DNA from: a virus
Taxonomy: Duplodnaviria > Heunggongvirae > Uroviricota > Caudoviricetes
Direction: 5' to 3' (one strand)
DNA length: 41,620 nt
Virus record (IMG/VR): IMGVR_UViG_2713896897_000009
Part shown: piece after piece, positions 1 through 10,449 of the stretch
Numbering within the stretch: the stretch's first letter is position 1
Layout of the letters: every line of letters begins with the position of its first letter
Translations under genes and position numbers: made by a program
Notes under the pieces: generated by a model
Seen by the model: the letters and a program-made list of their open reading frames with translations, nothing else
Database searches by the model: none
Told to the model about the DNA's origin: nothing

Positions 1-3000
1 TCAGACGGCATGAGGAGTAAATATCAGTATGCTCTCTCTCATGCTTAGCGCCACTGAATGCCACCGCCGGAATAACAATCTGCCGGTCAAACGGCTGATC
101 GTCATAAACCCTGACGGTAATGGTCCCTGATGGCCACCGCTCCGGTGCCCGGAGTCCCGCGGAAAAGCCTTACCCACTGTTTTGACAATATCGCCTTCAA
201 TCTGGTTGGCTGACAGTTTCCCCTTAATCTGACAGTTCTCATTAATTGTGACATTGTTGAGCGTCCCGGCGTTCGCATTCACACTGCCACTGATATCTGC
301 ATTTTTAGCGGTCAGCTTTCCGTCCGGTGTCAGGGAAAATGCCGGAGGATTACCGCCGCTGGTAATGGTGGGAGCCGTCAGGCGTTTCAGGAACACGTCG
401 TTCATGAATATCTGATCGCCCTGACCAACAAACATCGGCTTTGTGTTGCCATTCGCAGGATTAATCATCGCAATCCTGTCTGCCGCCAGCAGCACCTGAC
501 TCTGCATTCCTGCTGGCGTATTCTCAATACCGGCACCGATACCCGCAATATAAAGGCGTCCGTCCTTCATCTGTTGCAGCTTCACAGCCCACATGCTGTT
601 CAGATTATTATTTGTATCAACCTGAACCTTCTGTATCTGCTGGATCGCTGCACTCTGGTCTTCCAGTTTCTTATTGACGGTCTGCGTGATTTCATTACTG
701 ACATCCGTGATGGACGTTCTGATTTCCGCCAGGTCAGGCGCAAGCTGACCGTTATCAATCTGAGTCCACAACTCCTGAGCCAGATGGGTTTTCCCTATCT
801 CTCCTTTGAAAAAATCCAGATAGCCGGATGCATCATCACTCGGCTGGCCAACAGCCTCCACAAATGCCGATTTGCCAACGGTGTTCACACTGCGGATATA
901 AAAGTAATAATCATGGCCCGGTTTGATATTGATACTGGCAGCTATCCAGTACAGCGCCGTGCCAAGATAGCGGGCTGTGGTTTCAACCTGCCTGATATCA
1001 GCAATCCGCTTTTCCGAGAACCAGAACTCAAACTGTACCGTCGGATCATAAACCGCAAGATGCGGCGTGGCGGTTATCTGAAAATAGCCCGGTGTCAGCT
1101 CAATCCGAGACGGCGCTGCCGGTGCGGCAATCCGGAACGATACCGATGCCGGATCGCCCTGCTGTCCCCACGCATTTACCGCCCGGACTGTCAACCTGTA
1201 GTTCCCCGGCGCCAGTTGCGTGAAGCGGTATGTGGTTTCTGTCGTCCTGGCCGTGCTGACCAGCCGCTCACTGCCGTCATCCGCTGCCACGGTCAGGCGA
1301 AGCAGGAAGCTCACGCCCTTCACCACCTTCGGCGTGTCCCAGCGCGCCAGCACCTGATATTCCCCGCTGTCTGCGGTGACTTCGGCGGTCAGGTGCTGCA
1401 CCGCTGGCGGCGTGACACCATTCACCGTGCCGCTCTGGTCGCCGTCAAAGTGCGCCCCGTTATCCACGATGGCTTCTTTTTCCGGCACGTGCTGCACCGC
1501 CGTGATGGCAAAGGTGCCGTCCGTGTTTTCCCGGATGGAGACACAGCGGAACAGGCGACGACGCAGTGACGGCAGGGAGAGTCCCCATACACCGTATGTC
1601 TCCACACCATCAGGCAGGGTGCTGACCTGTATCCGGTCCGGCGCGGGGTGTGCAGTGATGGCCACGCTCACCGGCTTACCGCTGCCGTTAATCAGGTTCA
1701 CCGTGGCGGCACCTGTCTCCGGCAGGGTCACCTCACGGTCCAGTGTCAGGGTGCGGCTGGCGGCATCGATGGACAGGATACGTCCGCCGGTCATGGTCCC
1801 GGCATAGTCGTTATCACAGATTTCAATAATGTCACCGGGTGTGTGACGCAGCCCCTGTGACCCGAGCGTGAAATCCACCGTCTGCGTTTCCAGCAGTCCG
1901 GTCTTTATCACCCACAGCCCGGCACGGTGGGCCTGACCGCGACTGGTGCAGCCGAACGCATCCATCTTCAGCAGGTTGCGCCCGTAGCGCAGTATGGCTT
2001 CCGGGTCTTCCACCAGTTCCGTGGAGGTCTGCCAGCCGTTCTGCGGGTCGGTGTAATTCACCTCCACCGCCGTGTGGCGGTCCTTCAGGGCGCTGAAGCT
2101 GTAGCGAAACCCCACGCCGTTATCATCCACCACCACATCGCTGTTGGTGTACGGCCACACCACATCCGACGGGCGGTCCTGAACGAACGTCAGCGTCTGG
2201 CCATTCCATACCGGCATACAGCGCATCGCCGAGCAGAAATCACTGAGCACATCCCATGCCTTACGCTGTTGTGACAGGTACGCATTAAAGGTCATCCGCG
2301 GCTCGGTCCCCCCGAAACCATCCGGCACCGTCTGGTCGCAGTACTGCGCAATGGCATACAGCGCCCATTTGTCCACGTCTGCCGCCCCCAGACGTTTTCC
2401 CATCCCGTAGCGCGGGTGAGTCAGCATGTCCCACAGGCACCAGGCCGGGTTGTTGCTGTATGCCGGTTTCAGACTGCCGTCCCAGATACCGCTGTACGTG
2501 CGTTTTTCCGGGTCATAGTTTGACGGTACCTGAATGATACGACCACGGATATGGTAGTTCACCGTCATCTGCTGGCCGCCGAACTGCTCCGCATCCACCT
2601 GCAGCCCCACAATGGCCGTGTTCGGGTAGCACTGTTTCACATCGATGATTTCGGTGTATGACGACCACAGCGTTCTGTTCTGCAGCTGGTCCGTGGTGCT
2701 GTCCGCTGTCTCCCGGACCATCCGGATGTTAAAAGGACGGGGAGGCAGATTATCCAGAATCACCGACGCCAGAAACTGCGAGGTGGTCTTGCCGTTAATG
2801 GTGACATCATTTTCCGTCACCCAGTTACCGTTACGCTGCAACTGAATCAGCAGTCGGACAGAAGAGGGATTACGGTCGCCCTTTGAGGTGGTCTCCAACA
2901 GTGACTGCACCCCGAAGGTGACCCGCAGGCGGTCAATGTTCGCGGACGTAATGGTGCGCGTCACCGGCTTTGCCTTCGTCACTTCCACGCCCAGTGCGGT

Positions 3001-3261
3001 TTCCGCCCCGGAGGACTCAAAGCCTTCAGGTGGTGTCTGCTCCTGCTCCCCGGCGCGCCAGACCGCTGTCACACCATGTATCACAGGATTACCGTCCGTG
3101 TCCGTCAGCGGGGTTTTGTTCACCAGGATACTCTGCAGCCCCTTCACCGGACCTTCAATCGGCCCTTCACCAATGGCATCAATCACGCTCATCATCTGCG
3201 TGGACTTAAGATTGTCCTTTGCCTCAACCGGCGTGTGCGCCCTGCCGCCACCTTTACCCAT
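1..3261 (-). CDS. J: Tail tip / host-specificity protein J (lambda J-like); the last ~50 codons are out of frame relative to the J-homologous frame
   Basis: 1086-aa ORF with long stretches matching lambda J as recalled (MGKG..[14 protein letters not shown].., [54 protein letters not shown]). After AFPR (nt 168-157) homology continues in another frame and runs off the left edge. Confidence 0.9.
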   Translation of the reverse strand: MGKGGGRAHTPVEAKDNLKSTQMMSVIDAIGEGPIEGPVKGLQSILVNKTPLTDTDGNPVIHGVTAVWRAGEQEQTPPEGFESSGAETALGVEVTKAKPVTRTITSANIDRLRVTFGVQSLLETTSKGDRNPSSVRLLIQLQRNGNWVTENDVTINGKTTSQFLASVILDNLPPRPFNIRMVRETADSTTDQLQNRTLWSSYTEIIDVKQCYPNTAIVGLQVDAEQFGGQQMTVNYHIRGRIIQVPSNYDPEKRTYSGIWDGSLKPAYSNNPAWCLWDMLTHPRYGMGKRLGAADVDKWALYAIAQYCDQTVPDGFGGTEPRMTFNAYLSQQRKAWDVLSDFCSAMRCMPVWNGQTLTFVQDRPSDVVWPYTNSDVVVDDNGVGFRYSFSALKDRHTAVEVNYTDPQNGWQTSTELVEDPEAILRYGRNLLKMDAFGCTSRGQAHRAGLWVIKTGLLETQTVDFTLGSQGLRHTPGDIIEICDNDYAGTMTGGRILSIDAASRTLTLDREVTLPETGAATVNLINGSGKPVSVAITAHPAPDRIQVSTLPDGVETYGVWGLSLPSLRRRLFRCVSIRENTDGTFAITAVQHVPEKEAIVDNGAHFDGDQSGTVNGVTPPAVQHLTAEVTADSGEYQVLARWDTPKVVKGVSFLLRLTVAADDGSERLVSTARTTETTYRFTQLAPGNYRLTVRAVNAWGQQGDPASVSFRIAAPAAPSRIELTPGYFQITATPHLAVYDPTVQFEFWFSEKRIADIRQVETTARYLGTALYWIAASINIKPGHDYYFYIRSVNTVGKSAFVEAVGQPSDDASGYLDFFKGEIGKTHLAQELWTQIDNGQLAPDLAEIRTSITDVSNEITQTVNKKLEDQSAAIQQIQKVQVDTNNNLNSMWAVKLQQMKDGRLYIAGIGAGIENTPAGMQSQVLLAADRIAMINPANGNTKPMFVGQGDQIFMNDVFLKRLTAPTITSGGNPPAFSLTPDGKLTAKNADISGSVNANAGTLNNVTINENCQIKGKLSANQIEGDIVKTVGKAFPRDSGHRSGGHQGPLPSGFMTISRLTGRLLFRRWHSVALSMRESILIFTPHAV

Positions 3262-3394
3262 AATGTTCCTCTCAATTGGTATTATTAATCGCAGTGATAG
3301 GATATTGCACAGCTATTGCGCGATATCATCAGAACGCTGTTTGTTACCCTGTAACCAGCAAGCTCAGTCTGTTAACGGAATTAATGAGGGTTTT

Positions 3395-3922
3395 ATGAAA
3401 TGTAAAATCATTGCTGCCATTGCCATGCTGACAGCAGCATCATGCGGATACGCAGCAGAACAGGAAGTCCCAATGAACCTTGTCAGTGCTGACGGAAAAG
3501 AAGTCAGCATTGGAAAAATAACCATTCAGGAGACCCCCTACGGTCTGCTGTTCACACCAGCCCTTCACTCTCTGTCTGAAGGCATTCATGGTTTTCATGT
3601 GCACGAAAAAGGAAATTGCGCCCCGGCACTGAAAGACGGAAAACCGGTCGCAGCATTATCGGCTGGCGGTCACTTTGACCCGAAAAACACCGGCAAACAT
3701 CTTGGCCCCTGGTCTCCGGATGGACACCCGGGCGACCTCCCTGCGCTGTTCGTGACGCATGACGGAAAAGCGAACTACCCGGTCCTGGCCCCGAGACTGA
3801 ACTCATTAAAAGAGATTAAAGGGCGTTCTCTCATGCTTCATGCTGGCGGTGATAACCATCATGACCATCCGGAGCCCCTGGGCGGTGGTGGTGCGAGAAT
3901 GGCCTGCGGCATCATTCAATAA
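3395..3922 (+). CDS. sodC: Periplasmic Cu/Zn superoxide dismutase SodC (prophage moron)
   Basis: ATG at 3395; signal peptide [18 protein letters not shown]; SodC motifs [37 protein letters not shown]; 175 aa. Confidence 0.9.
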   Translation: MKCKIIAAIAMLTAASCGYAAEQEVPMNLVSADGKEVSIGKITIQETPYGLLFTPALHSLSEGIHGFHVHEKGNCAPALKDGKPVAALSAGGHFDPKNTGKHLGPWSPDGHPGDLPALFVTHDGKANYPVLAPRLNSLKEIKGRSLMLHAGGDNHHDHPEPLGGGGARMACGIIQ

Positions 3923-3929
3923 TCAGTCA

Positions 3930-3960
3930 GGTAAGGGGCGGGCCCCTTACCTTTATTCCT
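3930..3960 (+). terminator. Rho-independent terminator downstream of sodC
   Basis: 9-bp GC-rich stem GGTAAGGGG/CCCCTTACC with 4-nt loop, followed by TTTATT. Confidence 0.6.
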
Positions 3961-4070
3961 CAGGACGATAAATCCTTTCTCCCAGAAAAGAACGGCACAT
4001 CCTCCCTCTCTGAGTTAATGTTTTTGTCGTGACATAAGAATAATTCCTTACACTCAATCTTCGTAACGCT

Positions 4071-4106
4071 CCCGCAGTTCCGCAACTCTGCGGGATTTTT
4101 TCGCTT
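4071..4106 (+). terminator. Second plus-strand intrinsic terminator between sodC and gene I
   Basis: Stem CCCGCAG/CTGCGGG with 10-nt loop followed by ATTTTTTCGCTTTT; the T-run is only on the plus strand. Confidence 0.5.
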
Positions 4107-4787
4107 TTATGCCTGCCGCCCGATAACCACCACCTTCCCGTCACCGCCTTCATCACGGGTACTGATGTCCTGGGAGATTCGCCGTGAGCCAACCAGCATT
4201 TCACCGTAAGGCACCGGCATCGGGTTCCCCTGAGCAATCATGTTGTCCAGTGAGGAAAAGTACGTGTTCTGTTTACCGTTATCCGTCGCCCTGTACTCCG
4301 GTGTTTTTGCCTTCGGGGCCAGCATCTGAGCCACACCACCCAGTATCATGCTGGCCCCCAGTGAAAACAGCATCGTGGTGGCAGAAAAACCACCGGCTGC
4401 CAGGGCTGAACCCCATAACGCCATTGATGCCCCGGCAGTGAAGAAAGAGCCCACGATGGCTGCCGCCCCCAGCACAATCTGCAGTCCACCTTTTCCGGCC
4501 CCGGCCAGTCGCGGCACAATGTGGATGACCGTTCCCTCACCCAGCTGTTCGTGAAGACGGGCGTACACCGCCTCCGGTGCCGTGTCCTCACCGCGAATAC
4601 GTATCTGGTACCAGCCTTCGTTCATCTGACGGCGGAATCCCGGCATCTGCATCGACAGGGCACGGATGGCTTCCGCTGCCGTGTTCACATACAGGCTGAG
4701 GCGGCGGCCAAATCGTTGTAAATCCCCGTGAAGGCAGATGCGTGCCAGTGGCGGTGACGCCAGACAGAATGCGTTCGTCGTTGCCAT
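4107..4787 (-). CDS. I: Tail assembly protein I
   Basis: ATG at 4787; N-terminus ARICLxGDLQRFGRR and position downstream of K match lambda I; C-terminal hydrophobic Gly/Ala-rich region. Confidence 0.85.
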   Translation of the reverse strand: MATTNAFCLASPPLARICLHGDLQRFGRRLSLYVNTAAEAIRALSMQMPGFRRQMNEGWYQIRIRGEDTAPEAVYARLHEQLGEGTVIHIVPRLAGAGKGGLQIVLGAAAIVGSFFTAGASMALWGSALAAGGFSATTMLFSLGASMILGGVAQMLAPKAKTPEYRATDNGKQNTYFSSLDNMIAQGNPMPVPYGEMLVGSRRISQDISTRDEGGDGKVVVIGRQA

Positions 4788-5428
4788 TTTTCGGAATACC
4801 TCTCCCGTTTACTCAGTTGTTCAGGCAGATGGTGAAGCAGTTCACCGTTGCCGCAGTAAATGGCAGCATGGTTGGGTACCGATGCGCCAAAGCAGCACAG
4901 CAGGATATCGCCTGCCTGTGCCGAGGACAGGGGCACCCGGTAAAAACCAGTGGCCTCCATATTGTCCAGATACAGGTTCTGACCATTGCGCCACCACTCA
5001 TCCTCGCGGTGAAAATCCGGCAGCGTTATCCCCGCCAGATGGCAGGCATCCCTGAACAGCGTGTAACAGTCCGTCACCCCGTGTTCAAAACGACGCCCGG
5101 TCAGGTGCGGCACACAGCGGAATTTATGAATGTCCCCCCGGCAGACCAGCCACCAGGGCAGGGCACTTTTTATCTGCAGCCGCCGGTCGGCCTCGCTCAG
5201 CCAGGGCAGGCCACCGGGATGGCTGTGGACCAGTGCCACAATCTCCCCCTGCATCTCTGCCCGCAGCCAGTCTTCCGGGGCAATACGAAAATACGCCTCC
5301 GGCTCTGCAGAGATATTCACGCAGGGCTGGTACCGTTCGCCCTCCGGGGTGCTTATCACGAAGCCGCACGACTCCGCTGGCGCACACCGCCGGGCATGCG
5401 CCAGAATCGCTGATTCAGTCTGTGTCAT
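4685..5428 (-). CDS. K: Tail assembly protein K (JAB/MPN plus NlpC/P60-like)
   Basis: ATG at 5428 giving MTQTESAILAHARRCAPAESCGFV as in lambda K; HSHPGG JAMM motif; C-terminal Cys/His hydrolase region; overlaps I. Confidence 0.85.
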   Translation of the reverse strand: MTQTESAILAHARRCAPAESCGFVISTPEGERYQPCVNISAEPEAYFRIAPEDWLRAEMQGEIVALVHSHPGGLPWLSEADRRLQIKSALPWWLVCRGDIHKFRCVPHLTGRRFEHGVTDCYTLFRDACHLAGITLPDFHREDEWWRNGQNLYLDNMEATGFYRVPLSSAQAGDILLCCFGASVPNHAAIYCGNGELLHHLPEQLSKRERYSEKWQRRTHSVWRHRHWHASAFTGIYNDLAAASACM

Positions 5429-5438
5429 AAAACAGGAT

Positions 5439-6137
5439 TTACTGCGAAAGTTTATTGATGGAAAGGAAACCGCCAAAATTAACCGCCATGCCGCGCATCT
5501 CACACCCGCGCATGCACTTGCTGCATCTGTCCTTACGGATATCGGTGGTGGGTTTATCGAACTCATCCGCCACCGCAGGACCGTTATACCCGCATTCATC
5601 TCCCCGGTAATCCCACATACAGGTGTTCGCCAGCATGATGCGACCGGGAAACAGCGCTCCGTCCGTCTCCGTCGGTGTTGCCAGCACAAACGAGGCTGTC
5701 ATGGCCGTCAGCTCTGACATCTGCTCCACCACCCAGCGGTCGCTCAGCTCCTGCTCCGGGTCCGCTTCCGGATTGCCCGCCACAAAATTCACCGCATCCA
5801 GAAAACGGGCATACACCCGGCGGCGGACCACCGTGGCCCCCACCAGGCTCTGCAGGTCCTCCGCCATTCCGGTGACCAGACCGAACAGATTCGACACCGT
5901 CAGCGACGGGCGGGCACTGCTGCCCTTCCCGTTCATCTCAAAGCCACTGCCGTCAATCGGGTATACCTGATATTGCCGCCCCTGCCAGGTGACCGCCTCC
6001 CCTTTTTCATTCAGCTCATTACAGAAAAAATACCGCTCACCGCCCTGCACCGTCAGGTCAATTTCCCAGAGCACCACCCGCGGTGACTGCTCTGATTTAA
6101 CCGACTCGTTCAGACTTTCTTCATGAATGTCCTGCAT
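5439..6137 (-). CDS. L: Minor tail protein L
   Basis: 232 aa, same length as lambda L; C-terminal Cys cluster (CSKCMRGCEMRGM); ATGA overlap with M stop. Confidence 0.9.
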   Translation of the reverse strand: MQDIHEESLNESVKSEQSPRVVLWEIDLTVQGGERYFFCNELNEKGEAVTWQGRQYQVYPIDGSGFEMNGKGSSARPSLTVSNLFGLVTGMAEDLQSLVGATVVRRRVYARFLDAVNFVAGNPEADPEQELSDRWVVEQMSELTAMTASFVLATPTETDGALFPGRIMLANTCMWDYRGDECGYNGPAVADEFDKPTTDIRKDRCSKCMRGCEMRGMAVNFGGFLSINKLSQ

Positions 6138-6478
6138 CAGTTCACCACCTGCTCAATCGTACAGCTGAAATCACTGTACCGGGCGTTATCCGTGACGCTC
6201 CACTCCCGGCACACCACCCTCACCGTCCGGTTATGTTTCGGCGGTCGCCACAAAAAGGCACGGTAACCACCATGCCAGGATAAAAATTCATCCAGCCAGC
6301 GCCGGGTTGACTCATCCGTCACCCGGAACACCGCCTGAAACGTCTTCAGTTGAGGATTCAGCCCTGTGGGGCGGCGCTGTTCATAACCGTCACCAAACCG
6401 CACCCTCACCACCGACGGCTTCTCACTCACCTGCATCCCTTCACGCGGGACCAGATGCAGCGTTTTTATCTCAGCCAC
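6137..6478 (-). CDS. M: Minor tail protein M
   Basis: 113-aa ORF between H and L; VRFGDGYxQR motif as in lambda M; GTG start. Confidence 0.8.
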   Translation of the reverse strand: MAEIKTLHLVPREGMQVSEKPSVVRVRFGDGYEQRRPTGLNPQLKTFQAVFRVTDESTRRWLDEFLSWHGGYRAFLWRPPKHNRTVRVVCREWSVTDNARYSDFSCTIEQVVN

Positions 6479-9400
6479 TCAGCATTCCTCCGTCACGTCG
6501 CATGGACAACATCACCGCCTGCACCCGCTGGTCAATCAGCTGCACAAGACTGCCTGCCGCCTCCGGCCCTATCTGGCCATTAGTCCCGTCATTCTGAATG
6601 GCGATATGGTAGACCGGGGAATACACCAGGCCCGCACTACCGTTCATACTGCCCACCGCTCGCACACCCAGCGAGCCATCCGCCGCCCGGGTCAGGGGCA
6701 TAATGGCTTCAGGACCGGCCTCCCCCATCAGCCCCGCCCCTTTTGCAAAGGCAAAGTACGTGGGCGTATCCACAATACTGTTGCTGTACGCACTCAGGTT
6801 TGCCGAGGTATACACGCCGCCTTTTGCATTGGCCACCGCTCCGCCCAGCCAGTCACCAATGCTGCCAATAAATCCTCCCGCACCGGACATACCGTTTGCC
6901 GCCGTCTTAATTCCGTTGACAATGGCCGCATTCATAAGAACTTTTGATATTTCCTGCAGTACGGATGAGGCCCAGTTGCGCCATTCCACTTTGTTTCCGT
7001 TCAGCATCTCCGTGATGTTATTCACCAGTCCTGAAATCCCCTCCGTTGCCAGCTGTGCTGCCTGTGAGGCGTAATCGGACGCATTGTCCACCCAGTTACT
7101 GAGCCCCTCCTGCAAGCCTTTCTGCCAGTCCGCACGCTGCGCATCCGATTCGGCATAAAAGGCTGCCTGGTCCTTAAGGCGTTCGCTCAGATACTGCGCG
7201 TTCTGTGCCCGTGCCTGTCTGTAAAAATCCTCACTGATATCCCCGGTCTGATACTGAGACTGAAGGTCCGCATCCTTCTGGCGGAAGCTGTCGCGGATCT
7301 GCTGCAACTCCCGCATGCGTTCCCTGGCTCGTTCTCCCTGCCCGTATCCCAGCAGTTCGGCTTCATTTGATGCACGCGCAGCCACATTATCATTCTTCAG
7401 GGTCTCTTCCCGGGATCGCAACTGTTCCCGGATTTTTTGCTGGTCAATCAGGGCCGCGTTACGCAGCAGTTCCTGCTTCTGCATCTCCGTCAGGGTTTTC
7501 AGTTCGCCCTGCGCAGTCTGGTACTTCAGCTTCGCCAGCTCTGTATTCTGACCCGCCAGTGCCAGTTGCTCTTTCTGCTGCTTCAGTAGCCGGGAAAAAC
7601 TGTCTTCCGCTTTTTCCGTCTCTGATTTTCCACCCCGGGATTTAGGTTTGTTCGCCTCGTTATTACGCCAGGCTTCCAGAGCATTACTGATATAACGCTG
7701 TCTCGCCTCCTGATACGAATCCCCCACAAAACCAAGGTCATCCGCCGCATACCCCAGCCGGGCACGCTCTTTTTCTTCCCCTTTCAGTCTGGACAGGGCC
7801 AGCTCACGCTCTGTTTTTGTCAGGGCACTCTGCTGTTTATCATCCAGAGTGGCCTGTGGCAGCCGTAACGGCACATTCACCAGTCCCTGCCGCTGCTGAA
7901 GCAGTTCATTACCCAGCCCCAGCAGACGGTTGAATTCCGTATGCTGACCGTTCATAACCAGCATGGACTGGTACACCTTATTCTGCTCTGCCGCCTGCTG
8001 ACGAATTAACGCCACACGACGGTCTTCCAGCCCGGCAAGCACATCCTGAATGGACTGCGCTTTTTCCTGCATCTGTGCCAGACGGGACTGCTCAACGGCA
8101 AGCTGCTCTGTTGCCTGAGCAAGCCCTTCCGTTACGGTCTTCACCGAGGTCAGATGGTTTATCATGAATCCGTCACCGGTCGTCCAGCCCGGGTTCGCCA
8201 GAACATACTGATATCCTGCGATTTTTTCCTGCAGGGATTTCACCCGACTGGCCTGTTCATCAATCAGTCGGTTCTGCTCTGTCAGCGCCGCCCGTGTTCG
8301 TCCTTCATTATCTGAGGCTTCAGGCAAAGACATTGACGGCGTTTTATGCGCGATTTCATCTATCGTCAGTGCATACTGGCGCGCAGACTCCCTGGCCTGC
8401 TCCTGATTCTGGTACAGCGTGTACCATGCTGCAGCCCCCAGCATCACCAGTCCGGGTACGCCACCAACCAGCCCCAGCGCACCGCTCATCAGACGTGAGC
8501 CCACCGCCGTTGTACTGTTCAGCGCATTCTGGGCGGCGCTTCTGGCAGCAATATTTCTGTTCAGGCGTTCCTGTGTGGCCGCCAGACGGGCTTCTGCAGC
8601 AATCTGCATCTCCGTCCCGCGGGCTGCCGCCACGGCCTGCTGAGCACGGTACACGGCTGCTCTTGCCCGCGCCGTGGCAATCTGCGTTCCCCTGAACTGT
8701 GCTTCCGCCAGTGCAACTTCATTACGTGCAGCCGTCACAAGTCCTGCCGTGGCAGACATCGCTCCGGAGGCCATATTGCCAAAGTACCGGGCAACCCCGA
8801 CGGCAACCAGTGCCCCCACGGCTGTTGCCACATTATCAATCTGTCCGGCAACACCGTTCAGCACGCCGGAGAGCGTTTTCGTCACCCCGCTGGCCTCATT
8901 CGCACCACCCACCCAGGCCATAAAGGCGTTTTCCACCTTTGTGATCCCGTCAGAGACCGTTTCCGGCATGGCCGCGTATTCATCACGCAATACCTCCAGC
9001 TGGCTGATTAACGCAGGAACGACTTTATCCGCCGTCAGTTGACCATCGTCCGCCATCGCCTTCAGATCTTTACGGGCCACGCCCATACCCGCAGCCAGTG
9101 CACGTACGATCCGGTCACCACTTTCATTGACCGAATTAAATTCCTCACCGCGCAACACACCCTGTGCCAGCGCCTGGCTGAACTGGGTGATCACCGAACC
9201 CGCCTCAGCCGTACTGGCACCGGAGATTTTCAGCCCCGTGGAAATGGCCTCCGTCACCTTCAGCACATCATCAGCACTGTAACCATATTCACGCATTGAG
9301 GCTGCCGAGCGGGCAAACAGGGCCGCATTATCCGAAAAAGCGGTACCTGTCCGCTGACTGATATCCATCAGCACTTTCTGTGATGACGAAAATTCATCAG

Positions 9401-9713
9401 ATGACTGCGACGCCTGTTTCAGACGGGCATTCACGGAACTCCACTCATCAGCCAGTGAAATCAGGTGTCCGGTGGCAAAGGCACCGGCAAATGCGCCAGC
9501 CATTCCGACAGCAGAACCGCGAATTTCCGTCAACTGGCTGTTCAGTTCTGCCAGGGCACGTCGCTGCTCCCGGGCTGCCGCAGCGGCCTGACGCCCGCCA
9601 TTCTGCAGGGTCCGGTAATATTCACTGCCCATACGGGAAGCCCGCTGGATCTCCGACTGGAATGACTGCGAATTTGCCGAAATTTTGATAATCAGTTCAC
9701 GTAACGTCGCCAT
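6471..9713 (-). CDS. H: Tail tape measure protein H
   Basis: 1080-aa Ala/Gln-rich coiled-coil protein in the tape-measure position between G-T and M; ATG at 9713. Confidence 0.9.
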   Translation of the reverse strand: MATLRELIIKISANSQSFQSEIQRASRMGSEYYRTLQNGGRQAAAAAREQRRALAELNSQLTEIRGSAVGMAGAFAGAFATGHLISLADEWSSVNARLKQASQSSDEFSSSQKVLMDISQRTGTAFSDNAALFARSAASMREYGYSADDVLKVTEAISTGLKISGASTAEAGSVITQFSQALAQGVLRGEEFNSVNESGDRIVRALAAGMGVARKDLKAMADDGQLTADKVVPALISQLEVLRDEYAAMPETVSDGITKVENAFMAWVGGANEASGVTKTLSGVLNGVAGQIDNVATAVGALVAVGVARYFGNMASGAMSATAGLVTAARNEVALAEAQFRGTQIATARARAAVYRAQQAVAAARGTEMQIAAEARLAATQERLNRNIAARSAAQNALNSTTAVGSRLMSGALGLVGGVPGLVMLGAAAWYTLYQNQEQARESARQYALTIDEIAHKTPSMSLPEASDNEGRTRAALTEQNRLIDEQASRVKSLQEKIAGYQYVLANPGWTTGDGFMINHLTSVKTVTEGLAQATEQLAVEQSRLAQMQEKAQSIQDVLAGLEDRRVALIRQQAAEQNKVYQSMLVMNGQHTEFNRLLGLGNELLQQRQGLVNVPLRLPQATLDDKQQSALTKTERELALSRLKGEEKERARLGYAADDLGFVGDSYQEARQRYISNALEAWRNNEANKPKSRGGKSETEKAEDSFSRLLKQQKEQLALAGQNTELAKLKYQTAQGELKTLTEMQKQELLRNAALIDQQKIREQLRSREETLKNDNVAARASNEAELLGYGQGERARERMRELQQIRDSFRQKDADLQSQYQTGDISEDFYRQARAQNAQYLSERLKDQAAFYAESDAQRADWQKGLQEGLSNWVDNASDYASQAAQLATEGISGLVNNITEMLNGNKVEWRNWASSVLQEISKVLMNAAIVNGIKTAANGMSGAGGFIGSIGDWLGGAVANAKGGVYTSANLSAYSNSIVDTPTYFAFAKGAGLMGEAGPEAIMPLTRAADGSLGVRAVGSMNGSAGLVYSPVYHIAIQNDGTNGQIGPEAAGSLVQLIDQRVQAVMLSMRRDGGMLSG

Positions 9714-9729
9714 TCACCTTTCTCCGGGC

Positions 9730-9760
9730 AAAAAAAACCTGCCACAGCAGGTTTTCATCA
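9730..9760. terminator. Terminator-like hairpin between T and H, flanked by an A-run and a T-rich tract
   Basis: AAAAAAAA-ACCTGC-CACA-GCAGGT-TTTCATCATTATTTAT; the minus-strand transcript sees the hairpin then U8. Confidence 0.45.
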
Positions 9761-9764
9761 TTAT

Positions 9765-10079
9765 TTATGGCATTGCTGCAAGGCTCAGCGCGTCTTCCAG
9801 CGCCGCAAACGGATCCACCTCCGGCTTATCCTCATCCTCGCCCCAGCAGAGCATGGCGTCCTTCAGTGCAACATTCATCCCCTGTGCCCCGAAAACCGCT
9901 TTCACGATCTGTGCATTACGGATATCCCCGCGCTCATCACCCAGCGGGGATACCCTGTCGAACTCCATCCACATCATCGCCTCGCTCGCACTCAGGCTGT
10001 GGCGCAGTTCGGATAAGGTGCGCCCCAGACGGAGCGCAAGTCGCATCAGAAAGCGAATTTCCGGGCGGGCTACTTTTTT
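9765..10079 (-). CDS. T: Tail assembly chaperone T segment, expected to be made only as a G-T fusion by -1 ribosomal frameshift
   Basis: T frame is -1 relative to G and opens at slippery heptamer A AAA AAG (10079..10073), immediately before the G stop TAG (10072..10070). Confidence 0.7.
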   Translation of the reverse strand, partial: KKVARPEIRFLMRLALRLGRTLSELRHSLSASEAMMWMEFDRVSPLGDERGDIRNAQIVKAVFGAQGMNVALKDAMLCWGEDEDKPEVDPFAALEDALSLAAMP

Positions 10080-10444
10080 CTGGCCGACTCTGCATCAGCG
10101 ATCAGTTCCAGTGCCTGACGCAGCAACCGGGCATGTACCGGACCATAGACGGCCAGCACCTGCTCACGGTCGTCCGGAGTGAACACCCGTTGCAGGTCAG
10201 TATCACACAGGACATCGCAGAACAGCGTCACATCCGCTTCCAGGTTACGGCGGGTTTTCGCCACCACCGACAGGGTATCGTCATCCTCTCCATCACCATT
10301 GAGCACTTCCTGCCACAGATACCAGGCCTCTGCCGAAGGCTCCCGCAGCACCACGCTGACATTTCTCCATTCCGGCACCTTCACCGTTTTATGACGGAAC
10401 CCCGACAGTCTGGCCAGCGCCAGTGTTTTCAGATCTTTTGCCAT
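10070..10444 (-). CDS. G: Tail assembly chaperone G
   Basis: 124-aa acidic ORF between V and T; ends ..AESARKK with codons AGA AAA AAG TAG. Confidence 0.85.
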   Translation of the reverse strand: MAKDLKTLALARLSGFRHKTVKVPEWRNVSVVLREPSAEAWYLWQEVLNGDGEDDDTLSVVAKTRRNLEADVTLFCDVLCDTDLQRVFTPDDREQVLAVYGPVHARLLRQALELIADAESARKK

Positions 10445-10449
10445 AAGCC

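Noticed and set aside
574-2274. Several plus-strand ORFs (331, 143, 115 aa) inside the J gene
   Set aside because: They are antisense to a gene that matches lambda J closely, have Arg/His-rich low-complexity translations and no RBS; antisense frames of a GC-rich gene.
2888-3394. N-terminal extension of the sodC ORF (344-aa version starting at 2888)
   Set aside because: The extension overlaps J antisense and reads as low-complexity Ser/Pro/Arg sequence; the ATG at 3395 gives a canonical signal peptide and SodC-length protein.
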